Notes: generated by a model from the sequence alone, not told the origin. Shown: positions 29,531 to 39,101, numbered from the stretch's first letter. The stretch is 64,000 nt of DNA from an uncultured Candidatus Saccharibacteria bacterium (GCA_964514595.1 CAZEQZ010000002.1:118506-182505); one strand, 5' to 3'. Numbers and translations are program-made.

Positions 29531-30661
29531 ATGAATAAACCAAATAAAAACACACCCCTCGTTAGCATAATAATCCCTTGCTATAACTACGGTCAATATG
29601 TAAAAGAAGCCATAGACTCAGTACTTAATCAAACAATTAAAAATATCGAAATTATTGTAGTAGACGATGGCTCCACAGACCCTAATACAATTAAAATACT
29701 TAAAAACCTAAAAAAACCTAAAACAAAAATAATTCACCAAGAAAACCAAACACAAGCTATTGCAAGAAATAATGGTATTAAAATATCCAAAGGAAAATAC
29801 ATATGCTGCTTAGATGCTGATGACAAACTAGAACCAACATACCTTGAGGAATGTATTATACGAATGGAAATGGAAAACCTAGATGTATGTAGTACATGGT
29901 TAAGAGAATTTGAAGACTCAGATGGAATATGGATAACAGAAGATCTAGATGTAGAAAAAATAATACATCAAAACACACTACTATGTGGTTCTGTATTCAC
30001 AAAAGAGATATGGGAGAAGACAGGGGGATATAAAAGAAAAAGTATAAACGGTTTTGAAGACTGGGAATTTTGGATTACTGTAGCCGAACATGGAGGCAGA
30101 GGAAAGGTAATACCGAAACCTTTATTCCTATACAGAAGACATGGAGTAACCATGATAGATAAGTCTCTAAAGAAAAGGAAAGAATTAGTAAAATCAATAA
30201 AAGAATTACACCCAGAGCTATATAAAAACAAAACATATTTACAGAAAATTAAGAAAGAACAAGAAAAAGAATATATAAATAAAAAACCATTTGAAAGTAT
30301 TAAAAATATTGGTATGGATCCTGAAAAAGTTTTTTTTAATATATACTCTGAATACGCATCCCTCTCAACCAGAACCACTACATTAGAGAAAAAGATAAAG
30401 GATATGGAGATAGATTGTATTGAGAAAGAACATGAAGCACACAAAATCAATCACCAAATAGAAAATCTTACTATTGAGATTGAAAAAATAAATAAAGAGC
30501 TTGAAAAAATTACCAATGAAAAAAAGGAATTAAGTAAGAAGATAAAATCCATAGAACAATCTAGATCATACAGATTTATAAACAAAGTACGAAAAGATTA
30601 CTTAGATAAAATAGTATCTCCCGATACTAGGCTTAAAATATATTCTAGGAAGAAAAGATAA
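29531..30661 (+). CDS. glycosyltransferase family 2 with C-terminal coiled-coil extension
   Basis: 'VSIIIPCYNYGQYVKEAIDSVLNQT...IIVVDDGSTD...LDADD' plus about 120-aa heptad-rich tail (EKKIKDMEID...ELEKITNEKKELSKKIKSIEQ). Confidence 0.8.
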   Translation: MNKPNKNTPLVSIIIPCYNYGQYVKEAIDSVLNQTIKNIEIIVVDDGSTDPNTIKILKNLKKPKTKIIHQENQTQAIARNNGIKISKGKYICCLDADDKLEPTYLEECIIRMEMENLDVCSTWLREFEDSDGIWITEDLDVEKIIHQNTLLCGSVFTKEIWEKTGGYKRKSINGFEDWEFWITVAEHGGRGKVIPKPLFLYRRHGVTMIDKSLKKRKELVKSIKELHPELYKNKTYLQKIKKEQEKEYINKKPFESIKNIGMDPEKVFFNIYSEYASLSTRTTTLEKKIKDMEIDCIEKEHEAHKINHQIENLTIEIEKINKELEKITNEKKELSKKIKSIEQSRSYRFINKVRKDYLDKIVSPDTRLKIYSRKKR

Positions 30662-30663
30662 TA

Positions 30664-31644
30664 TTAACCTCCCTCATACCACCTATTAGCATCCTCTAAT
30701 ATTGTATCTATCTTTCTCTTAGGTTCCCAATTTAATATTTTCTTTGCTTTCTCAAAACTCCCTGTTACTACTACAGCCTCATTAGGATCACTCTCCACTA
30801 TTTCATAATCAACCTCCCTACCCGTTACCCTCTCTACACCCTTCACTATTTCCATAACTGTTGTACCATCACCAGAGCATAGATTAAATACATCACTCTT
30901 TCCATCATTCTTAAATAACCAATCTAATGCTTTTACATGACCTTCTGCTAAATCACACACATGCACATAATCTCTAACACCTGTACCATCCCTAGTCTCA
31001 TACTTATCCCCTCTAATCATCAAATGATATTCTCCTTTGCTTGCTTTAAATACTCTTGGTATTAAATTACCCATAGCTTCAGAATTTTCTCCTAACTTCC
31101 CACTACTATGTGCACCTGCAGCATTAAAATATCTAAGAGCTACATGTGAGATACCAGTCCCTTCAACATCTTTTAGAAGCAATTCCATACAATATTTATT
31201 TCTTCCATATGGTGTTAATGGATCAATCTTAGCCTCCTCCTTAACAGGTACACTCTCTGGATTCCCATATACTGCTGCAGATGAAGAAAATACAATCTTT
31301 TTAACCTTGTACTTACTCATACTCATAAGCAAGTTATATGTCCCTATCACATTATTCTCAAAATACTCCAAAGGTTCTTTCATTGAATCAACCACACTCT
31401 TGTATGCAGCAAAATGTATAACTCCATCTATACCATCCATTACACCATTAATATCATCCATATTTCTTAAATCCCCCTTCACAAACTCAACACTCTTTCC
31501 AGATATCTCCTTAATCCTTCCCACTACTTCCTCTGTACTATTTTCTAAATTATCTATTATCCTAACTTCATATCCTTCCTTAAGTAGTTCCACTACAGTA
31601 TGACTACCAATATATCCACACCCTCCTGTTACTAGTATTTTCAT
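30664..31644 (-). CDS. galE: UDP-glucose 4-epimerase
   Basis: 'MKILVTGGCGYIGSHTVVEL', YxxxK, length 326 aa typical of GalE. Confidence 0.8.
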   Translation of the reverse strand: MKILVTGGCGYIGSHTVVELLKEGYEVRIIDNLENSTEEVVGRIKEISGKSVEFVKGDLRNMDDINGVMDGIDGVIHFAAYKSVVDSMKEPLEYFENNVIGTYNLLMSMSKYKVKKIVFSSSAAVYGNPESVPVKEEAKIDPLTPYGRNKYCMELLLKDVEGTGISHVALRYFNAAGAHSSGKLGENSEAMGNLIPRVFKASKGEYHLMIRGDKYETRDGTGVRDYVHVCDLAEGHVKALDWLFKNDGKSDVFNLCSGDGTTVMEIVKGVERVTGREVDYEIVESDPNEAVVVTGSFEKAKKILNWEPKRKIDTILEDANRWYEGG

Positions 31645-31739
31645 AATTAATTTTCTTAACTAAGTTAGTAATCATATTACCATGATTGAGAAAAATCATA
31701 AAATATGGTAGAAATGGGCATTAGATCAACAAAAGTTAA

Positions 31740-32696
31740 ATGCCAAGAACAAAAAAGAAAAAACTATCTATCGTAATACCTGTACTCAATGAAGAAAAAA
31801 ATATTGAGATATTAAATGAGAGAATTAAAAAGACTCTTAAAGGGAATATAGATTACGAAGTAATATGGGTAGATGATGGATCTTCAGACAGTACATCTAA
31901 GATATTAAGTAGGATATGTAAGGAGAGGAATGTGAAGGGTATATCCTTAATGACCAGGACAGGACAGAGTGGTGCATTAATGGCTGGTATTGAAATAGCT
32001 AAGGGAGATTACATAGCTACTATGGATGGAGATAATCAAGATGATCCCAAGGATTTCATAAAGATGATTAAGAAATTAGAGAAGGAAAGACTGGATGCTG
32101 TAATTGGTTGGAGAAGGAATAGGTGGAAGGGAAATTTCTTTAGAAAGTTTCCATCACTTGTTGCTAATAAGATGATGAAGATTGCATTTGGTGATCTAGG
32201 TATACATGATACTGGATGTATGATGAAGGTAGTGAAGGCAGATATTATGAAAGATATTAAACTGTATGGTGAGCTACACAGATTTATGTCATATCTCTTA
32301 GGAGTATACGGTGCAAGAATAGGAGAGGTATCTGTAAGTCATAAACCTAGAACACATGGAAAGAGTAAGTATGGATTAAGAAGAGCAATTACCGTTATAT
32401 TTGATATCTTCAATGTTAAATTCTTAACTATGAAAACATTAACACCTATTCAATTTATGGGACCCCTAGCACTCATTACATTTTTAATAGGTTTTGGATT
32501 AGGAATATATGTGGCTGTAGAAAAAATAGTTAATGATATTAATGTAACAGGTACTCCATTATTTACAGCATCTTTGATATCCATGATGATGGGTACTCAA
32601 TTTCTACTATTCGGATTACTTGGAGAGTTAGTACTAAGATCATACTATGAGAATGGTAAGGATAAGAGTGTATATGCTATTAGAAAGAGATACTAA
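31740..32696 (+). CDS. polyprenol-phosphate glycosyltransferase (GT2, ArnC/GtrB-like with two C-terminal TM helices)
   Basis: 'LSIVIPVLNEEKNIE...VIWVDDGSSD...MDGDNQDDP' GT2 domain plus C-terminal TM hairpin. Confidence 0.75.
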   Translation: MPRTKKKKLSIVIPVLNEEKNIEILNERIKKTLKGNIDYEVIWVDDGSSDSTSKILSRICKERNVKGISLMTRTGQSGALMAGIEIAKGDYIATMDGDNQDDPKDFIKMIKKLEKERLDAVIGWRRNRWKGNFFRKFPSLVANKMMKIAFGDLGIHDTGCMMKVVKADIMKDIKLYGELHRFMSYLLGVYGARIGEVSVSHKPRTHGKSKYGLRRAITVIFDIFNVKFLTMKTLTPIQFMGPLALITFLIGFGLGIYVAVEKIVNDINVTGTPLFTASLISMMMGTQFLLFGLLGELVLRSYYENGKDKSVYAIRKRY

Positions 32697-32757
32697 ATAT
32701 ATTCCATTAAATCCCTTATTCTGTTAACATATATTAATAATTTAAACTGCTTTAAGT

Positions 32758-33930
32758 ATGAAAATATTTAAAAAAATATATAACATACTACCAATAACCA
32801 TACTATCATTCCTTCTTCTCCTATTAGTACCATCCACCATTAATGCAGCACAATTCCATTTCAAATCGTATACTCTTCCTGCTGAAGAAACCGTATATGA
32901 GGATATATATGTTGTGGCAGATACAATTAAGATAGACGGTGTTATTGATGGTGATGTAATACTGCTTGCTGATACAGTACAACTAAACGGTACCATAACT
33001 GGAGATGCATATCTAATGGGTGGGAAGATTGATGTAGATGCAACAGTATATGGAAACACATTTGTATTTGCTAATAATAGTACTGTAGGGGGGCTACTAA
33101 CAGGAAATACATACCTTGCTTCTTCTTTTCTAAACTACAATGCTGATAGTGAAGGGGATCTCTTTGCATTCTTTTTAGAAAGCAATATTAAGGGATCTGT
33201 AGGGGATGATTTAAGAGCTTTTGGTATTAGATCTAAGGTAGATTCAATTGTAAGGGGTGATTTACTACTCATAGGAGAACAGCACACAGCTAGTGAAGAG
33301 AAAGTATCTGGTAATATTTTCTACAACTCCACCATAGAGGGGATTGCAAAAGATCAGGGGGTAGAGATAGACAGAATGTTTAAGTTTGAAACACCAACCT
33401 TAAGAAGAGATTGGAATTTGAAGGCTGCTTCTGTAGGTATTAATTTCCTTAGTCTACTCTTGGTTGGATATTTCATAATATCTCTCACACCTGTTAAGAG
33501 TATTGAGATTAGAAAGAGAATTACAGATTCCACAGATGATTTTCTTAAGAGTTTAGGTATTGGTTTTGTATTAGCAATAGTCATACCTATACCTCTATTC
33601 ATACTATTTATATCCATAATTGGGACACCACTTGCCGTATTCATAACAGGATTACTTAGTTTTGTAATGATATTTGGAAAGATATGGGTAGAGACTGCAT
33701 TTGGTAAGGAGATATTGGAACTCTTTGGTGTAAAAGAGTACAGACCATTTAAATCATTCTTAGTTGGTAGAGTATTAACTACAGTAGTTAGCTTTATTCC
33801 AATAGTAAGAGGTTTTTATAATACTATAGTGGTACTAGTAGCTCTTGGTGCTATAGTAAGAATGAAGAATAGTTATTATAAAATAGCTAAAGAACAGGTT
33901 ACTAAACCAAAAACTACAAAGAAAAAATAG
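32758..33930 (+). CDS. beta-helix-repeat (bactofilin/CcmA-like) membrane protein
   Basis: Signal/anchor N-terminus, repeated 'DG.I.GDV.L.AD.V.LNG.I.GDA' units, C-terminal 4-5 TM domain. Confidence 0.35.
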   Translation: MKIFKKIYNILPITILSFLLLLLVPSTINAAQFHFKSYTLPAEETVYEDIYVVADTIKIDGVIDGDVILLADTVQLNGTITGDAYLMGGKIDVDATVYGNTFVFANNSTVGGLLTGNTYLASSFLNYNADSEGDLFAFFLESNIKGSVGDDLRAFGIRSKVDSIVRGDLLLIGEQHTASEEKVSGNIFYNSTIEGIAKDQGVEIDRMFKFETPTLRRDWNLKAASVGINFLSLLLVGYFIISLTPVKSIEIRKRITDSTDDFLKSLGIGFVLAIVIPIPLFILFISIIGTPLAVFITGLLSFVMIFGKIWVETAFGKEILELFGVKEYRPFKSFLVGRVLTTVVSFIPIVRGFYNTIVVLVALGAIVRMKNSYYKIAKEQVTKPKTTKKK

Positions 33931-33939
33931 AGAGGAATA

Positions 33940-34692
33940 TTATTTCAATAATTCCTCTATAGCATTCTTAAATGTATCATATGGATATGCTCCTGCTATT
34001 AGCTTCCCCTCCACTACTCCATCCTCCCCTATCAATCCAACTATAAATCCTGGAGTACCACTAATACCCACACTCCTTCCTTCATTTAAATCTGCATTCA
34101 CTTCATCCCTATACGTATTCTCATCTAAACATGCCCTAAATTCACCCTCATCTACTCCCAATGTACCTACTAATGTAACTAACGCATCCTTACTCTCTGT
34201 AAAGAATGCCTTCTTATGATACTCTACATATGTTTGTGCATCTGACAAATTGAATACGCATGCTCCCCCCTCTGCTATTGTAAAGCCGATTTGTCCAGGA
34301 CTACTAAGTGGAAACTCCTTAAACACATACAATATCTTCCCTGTATCAATATAATTCTCCTTTATACTTGGGAATGTTTCTTCAGAATGTCTCTGACAGT
34401 ATCCACACTGATAGTCACTAAAATCAATAATAGCTACTGTTGCTGTTTCTGGATCTCCTAAGAATGGATCATCCCCTAATGATACAGTACCCTCTGGCGA
34501 TGAATCGGTGGAATCATCCTGCACTTGAGCGGAATCTCCTGTTCCAGCACTACCATTATCTACAGTATTATTCCTTGATGCAAAGAATATTAATGTAGCT
34601 ATAATAACACCAGATACTATGATTGCTATTGGAACACCTAATGTATCTAGATTAAATGTAACCTCTTTCTCATTTCCTTTCTTCTTACTCAT
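33940..34692 (-). CDS. DsbA-family thiol:disulfide oxidoreductase, membrane-anchored
   Basis: N-terminal TM anchor; thioredoxin CxxC 'YQCGYCQ'. Confidence 0.7.
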   Translation of the reverse strand: MSKKKGNEKEVTFNLDTLGVPIAIIVSGVIIATLIFFASRNNTVDNGSAGTGDSAQVQDDSTDSSPEGTVSLGDDPFLGDPETATVAIIDFSDYQCGYCQRHSEETFPSIKENYIDTGKILYVFKEFPLSSPGQIGFTIAEGGACVFNLSDAQTYVEYHKKAFFTESKDALVTLVGTLGVDEGEFRACLDENTYRDEVNADLNEGRSVGISGTPGFIVGLIGEDGVVEGKLIAGAYPYDTFKNAIEELLK

Positions 34693-34783
34693 GAAATTTA
34701 ATAATCATTTTAAATATGGGCAAACACATAATATATATTATACATCGAATAGACACATCCCGTAAAACAGAATATAATAAATT

Positions 34784-35632
34784 ATGGGCAATATGAATGG
34801 TGAGAATGGTAAAGTCGGTATTAAAGACTTCTTTGCTTTCATTTTATTTCTTGCCCTAATTGCAGTTCCCATATACTTTGCATATACCATACTACTCCCT
34901 AGAGTAGTTATATTTGATACAGAAGAAGATCAACAAGAAAACTCTCAGGATGATGAACAAGAGGACGAAGATATTGATGTATATGATAATCCACACTACG
35001 AGGAAATTCTAGAGAACATAGAGGGAGAGATGGCATATATCGTAGCCCCTAGAAGATTAAAAGGAAAAGAACCCTCCACTATTGTTGTATATAGTCACGG
35101 TTCCATTACAAATGTAACAGAAAATATGGATGATGTATTTATGCAAGAGCTTAGGGGCTATGGAATTATGTTCACAAAAAATAATTTCATATTTGCTGCA
35201 TCTAATCAACATGGAGCAAATTGGGGAAATGAACTATCTATACAAGATACACTTAATATGATTAATTGGATACAGGATAACTATGATACTAAAGAGAAGG
35301 TATATATGATTGGATTTAGTATGGGTGGACTCCCCACACTTAATTTCGCTACTAGGTATCCAGAACTTGTATCAAAAGTCGCACTGCTTGCTCCAACAAC
35401 TAGAGCGAATGAGTGGGATAGTGAGAGGGTGAGTAAGATTGAGAATATGAATATACAGATATGGCATGGGACTGCAGATGTAAATGTCCCATACTCTCTT
35501 TCCACTACATTTGTAAACAGATTAGGTACACTGGGTAGAGATATATCCTTAATTACATTGGAAGGAAAAACACATTGGGATATGGAGAGTAACTATATGG
35601 ATGATATATTAGAGTATTTTCTCAACAACTGA
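34784..35632 (+). CDS. alpha/beta hydrolase (esterase/peptidase S9-like), membrane-anchored
   Basis: N-terminal TM, nucleophile elbow 'GFSMGG' (GxSxG). Confidence 0.6.
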   Translation: MGNMNGENGKVGIKDFFAFILFLALIAVPIYFAYTILLPRVVIFDTEEDQQENSQDDEQEDEDIDVYDNPHYEEILENIEGEMAYIVAPRRLKGKEPSTIVVYSHGSITNVTENMDDVFMQELRGYGIMFTKNNFIFAASNQHGANWGNELSIQDTLNMINWIQDNYDTKEKVYMIGFSMGGLPTLNFATRYPELVSKVALLAPTTRANEWDSERVSKIENMNIQIWHGTADVNVPYSLSTTFVNRLGTLGRDISLITLEGKTHWDMESNYMDDILEYFLNN

Positions 35633-35641
35633 TCGAGGAAT

Positions 35642-36244
35642 TTATTCCAAATAATCAATTATTTCCCTAGACCACCAAGTTAAATTTTCTACATTCTCTC
35701 TTAAGTAGTTAATATCTACAAACCCTATATTCTCCAAACCCTCCTCCCTTATACTCACATCATCACCATCTAATTCAAACATATATACAAACCCTACATG
35801 TACATAGTTAACAGGATTACCATCCTCTATATATACCAATCCTAGAAACTTTCTATCTATTACATTTGCATTAACCTCTGCTTCCTCATGCATCTCCCTT
35901 AACATAGCTGTTTCTATAATATCTGTACTATTATCATTCCCCATATCAAACATCTCAATATGACCACCCAATGGAAGAGGACAAAGAGAATTTAACCTTG
36001 CTTCACTTCTGTTTACCTGTTTATGAAGAAAATATCTATCCTTATGCTTTAATACTACCTGAGCTATAAGTTGCTTATACTTTGTATCCTCTTCTAGATC
36101 ATCCCTAACCCTAAATTCCAAACTCTTAGCAACTAGATCTTTGTAGTATTGCAAATCATCTACCTGCATACCGTTCCACTTCCCCCTCTCAAAAAGAGTT
36201 TCCTCTTTTATACAAGCTATTTTCTCTGTATGATTCTTCTCCAT
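35642..36244 (-). CDS. Nudix-fold hydrolase-like protein (degenerate Nudix box; possibly IPP-isomerase-like)
   Basis: 'GNDNSTDIIETAMLREMHEEAEV' approximates GX5EX7REUXEEXGU with D at E7 and E at G22; 'NSLCPLPLGGH' upstream. Confidence 0.35.
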   Translation of the reverse strand: MEKNHTEKIACIKEETLFERGKWNGMQVDDLQYYKDLVAKSLEFRVRDDLEEDTKYKQLIAQVVLKHKDRYFLHKQVNRSEARLNSLCPLPLGGHIEMFDMGNDNSTDIIETAMLREMHEEAEVNANVIDRKFLGLVYIEDGNPVNYVHVGFVYMFELDGDDVSIREEGLENIGFVDINYLRENVENLTWWSREIIDYLE

Positions 36245-36448
36245 CTACTCTTCTACAATTATTGCCATAGAGGGACATGCTGAGGCAGCTTCCCTTACCT
36301 TTTCCTCTAATTCTGCAGGTACATCCACTCCCTTATATTCATCCTTAACATCCACACTACCATCCTCTTTCATCTCAAATACCTCGGGACATATTGCTAC
36401 ACAAGATGCACACATTGTACACTTCTCTTTATCTATAGATACTTTCAT
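36245..36448 (-). CDS. ferredoxin (single 4Fe-4S cluster)
   Basis: 67 aa, 'CTMCASCVAICP' plus distal 'CP' is the CxxCxxC...CP pattern. Confidence 0.75.
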   Translation of the reverse strand: MKVSIDKEKCTMCASCVAICPEVFEMKEDGSVDVKDEYKGVDVPAELEEKVREAASACPSMAIIVEE

Positions 36449-36501
36449 ATGTATTTATATTTAATTTAGACTATACATTCTTACAAATATATATATTAAG
36501 G

Positions 36502-37266
36502 TCAAACCTTTTTCCTTTTCAATTGACTAAAGTATATTCCCAACCTTTGTATAAAATGGCTGATTCCTAATATACCCATTACCATCGATAGTTCAACATG
36601 CCAATACAGAAAATCAAAATCTACATCCCACAACTGAGGCTTCTTAGTTCGTATAACCATAAATATACCGAAACCTAACGCAGGGATTAAAAGTGTTAGG
36701 AAAAGAATTGTATTCCAAAATGCATTAAATTTTACAATACTTATTCCAATAAACTTATTCTTCTTAAAAAGGAAATATAGGCCCCAGTAGGTTATGATTG
36801 ATATTAAAAATGGGACAATTAAATTATACTCTCTAGGTTTCTTAATCGGCTCTACACTATCCTCTACGGTTGCCTCCTCAACATATATCTCCTCCTCTTC
36901 AATAACCTCCTCCTCTATTTCCCCTATCTTATACCTCTCTAACAACACATACGACGATTCCCTATGATCCCTCCCAATCCCCGCCTTATCCTTAAAATCC
37001 TCAGTCATATCCCTTCCGCACCACTCTCGAATATCCATATACCTATCATGATCTGGCACGTATTCAGAGAGATCATACACACTCCCTTCAAACACCATCC
37101 AACAATCCCCCTCTGTACTGTGCTGTTCAACCTCACCTATCGTATATGCATATATTCGACTTGCGAAAAGAGAGAGAGTCAAAAATGAAAATATAATGGC
37201 AGTTAGTTTTCTCATCTTTAATATGTTGAATTTAGTTATATAAGGAGTAATATATATAGTATACAT
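36502..37266 (-). CDS. membrane protein with extracytoplasmic cytochrome b5-like heme-binding domain
   Basis: 'DCWMVFEGSVYDLSEY..H' and 'GRDMTEDFKDKAGIGRDH' resemble cyt-b5 'DCWxxxxGxVYDxTxF.HPGG...GxDATExFxDxGHS'; N-terminal anchor, acidic linker, 3 C-terminal TM helices. Confidence 0.4.
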   Translation of the reverse strand: MYTIYITPYITKFNILKMRKLTAIIFSFLTLSLFASRIYAYTIGEVEQHSTEGDCWMVFEGSVYDLSEYVPDHDRYMDIREWCGRDMTEDFKDKAGIGRDHRESSYVLLERYKIGEIEEEVIEEEEIYVEEATVEDSVEPIKKPREYNLIVPFLISIITYWGLYFLFKKNKFIGISIVKFNAFWNTILFLTLLIPALGFGIFMVIRTKKPQLWDVDFDFLYWHVELSMVMGILGISHFIQRLGIYFSQLKRKKV

Positions 37267-37285
37267 AATTTATAATTAAATTATT

Positions 37286-37861
37286 ATGAAAAAACTGTTA
37301 GGCATAATTGTTGCTGTAGTAGCAGTATTAGGTGTAGGGGGATACTTCCTAGTACAAGAATCGTACGCAGCTACCCCAGCAGATCCACTATTTGGAGTAC
37401 AAACAGCATTAGATAATCTGCAAAGAGCTTTAACATTCGACGAAGTTGCAAAAACAGAATTAGAACAGAAAATTCTAGAGAGAAGACAAGAACAAGTTGA
37501 AAGGATGCTACTGAGGACAAATGTTACTGAAGAACAGTTGGAGGATGCTCTCAGATTAATGAATCAACAAAGAGAGAGAGTTATGGAAAGACTACAGGAG
37601 GTTGAACAGAATATGGAACAGAAGGGAAATGATCAGGCTGTTGAATCACTACAGAAAGTACAAGAGCAGTACAAGGAGAATCTAGATAGGCAACTAGAGA
37701 CAGCAGAGAAAGCTCAGGAAAAATATTCTGGCGTGGGAGAGACAGTAAGGCAGAATATTGAGATGGAGAAGAACTCTTTGAATAATCAGGGTGAAGATTC
37801 ACAAAATCAACAACAGAATCAAGAGATGAATATTGATAATGGTAACAGAGGGGGAAATTAA
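37286..37861 (+). CDS. secreted Q/E-rich coiled-coil hypothetical protein
   Basis: Signal peptide then low-complexity coiled-coil (QEQ/ERV repeats); no domain recognised. Confidence 0.4.
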   Translation: MKKLLGIIVAVVAVLGVGGYFLVQESYAATPADPLFGVQTALDNLQRALTFDEVAKTELEQKILERRQEQVERMLLRTNVTEEQLEDALRLMNQQRERVMERLQEVEQNMEQKGNDQAVESLQKVQEQYKENLDRQLETAEKAQEKYSGVGETVRQNIEMEKNSLNNQGEDSQNQQQNQEMNIDNGNRGGN

Positions 37862-38433
37862 AACACCTCTTTGTGAACTTTTCTGTCATCATACTCCTCC
37901 TCGCTATGAGGGGGAGTTTCCTTCTGGGGATATCCTATGGCCATAATACATAGTACTCTGTATTCCTTTGGTATATCCAATATATTTCTAACATACTCTT
38001 CCCTATCCTGACCTTCTTCTGTTTTTCCATCCTTTATATTTGCCCAACAACATCCTAGCCCTTGATTTGTAGCTTCCAAATATATATGTGCTCCTGCAAT
38101 ACTACAATCCTCTAACCACATATCTGTATCACTCTCTTTTGCAATTACAACAATACCAACATTACACCTTCCTACAAAGGATTGCCATTGCCCACACTTA
38201 CCTAACTTGGATAATATCTTTTTATCTTTTACTACAACAAATTCCCACGGATTAGCATGATTACCAGAGGGACTAACCATAGCAGAACATAGAATATTAC
38301 GTATTTGTTCTTCAGTAACCTCTTGATCAGTGTATTCTCTAACACTTCTTCTTTTCTTAAATATTTCATGCATTGTATATTCTATTAATTTAGGGCGTTG
38401 GAGATTATAGACATAATTAAGAAATGATTGCAA
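37858..38433 (-). CDS. nitroreductase family protein (FMN-dependent)
   Basis: 'RRSVREYTDQEVTEEQI...' N-terminal nitroreductase motif; 191 aa. Confidence 0.7.
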   Translation of the reverse strand: MQSFLNYVYNLQRPKLIEYTMHEIFKKRRSVREYTDQEVTEEQIRNILCSAMVSPSGNHANPWEFVVVKDKKILSKLGKCGQWQSFVGRCNVGIVVIAKESDTDMWLEDCSIAGAHIYLEATNQGLGCCWANIKDGKTEEGQDREEYVRNILDIPKEYRVLCIMAIGYPQKETPPHSEEEYDDRKVHKEVF

Positions 38434-38497
38434 TCCCTATAGTGTATTTTACTAAACCATGGTAATATAATTTTATACAAATTCTAGACCTGAAAAT

Positions 38498-39094
38498 ATG
38501 GACCCCAGCAATACTGAAGGAAGTGATTTTGATAACGAAAAAATCATAGAAGGAAAAATCGAAGAAATCGCACGATTTGTTCTGGATGGAGACATAACAA
38601 ATGACTGTTCTTCTCCACATAATTTTCTAACAAGTCTTGAACAAATCACCCTATTTGAATTAGAAGAGTATGTAATAGAGGGGACTTTCCCTCTTGGTAT
38701 TCTAACCAATATGATAGAGCTGAAAGCCTGGGAATTAGGATTGGAGGAGTTAGAACAGGAAGATTGTGGAGAGAATCAGGAACCGTACAACCCACTGAAG
38801 ATGGATGATTACAAGACTCTCCTTAAGACTCCCGAGAATCAAAAAATATTAAAACGAATCGCCCTCAATATATTCAGAGGAAATATTACAGATGATAATC
38901 CTTCCTATGCAAATGAGTATACCGGGTTGGAACAATTAATAATATACAAATTTCTTAATGAGCACCCAAAATCGGAAGAGCAGATCATAATTAGGTATAT
39001 AAAAAGTGTTGTGAAATCTCTACGAGGAGAATTACAAGGAGGAACAAAGCTCACCGGATCCTTGGAGGATATATTTCAGCTAGGAGAGGAATAG
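38498..39094 (+). CDS. acidic hypothetical protein
   Basis: 198-aa ORF, no recognisable motif. Confidence 0.35.
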   Translation: MDPSNTEGSDFDNEKIIEGKIEEIARFVLDGDITNDCSSPHNFLTSLEQITLFELEEYVIEGTFPLGILTNMIELKAWELGLEELEQEDCGENQEPYNPLKMDDYKTLLKTPENQKILKRIALNIFRGNITDDNPSYANEYTGLEQLIIYKFLNEHPKSEEQIIIRYIKSVVKSLRGELQGGTKLTGSLEDIFQLGEE

Positions 39095-39101
39095 ATTGTT
39101 G

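Noticed and set aside
29690-29730. Short tandem 'aaaaaccta aaaaaaccta aaac' repeat
   Set aside because: It lies inside the GT2 coding sequence and encodes 'KNLKKPKTK'. This is codon-level repetition, not a CRISPR or regulatory repeat.
37286-37861. Q/E-rich secreted coiled-coil protein as an anti-sigma or chaperone (Skp/OmpH-like)
   Set aside because: I recognise only low-complexity coiled-coil. There is no specific motif, so I kept it as hypothetical.
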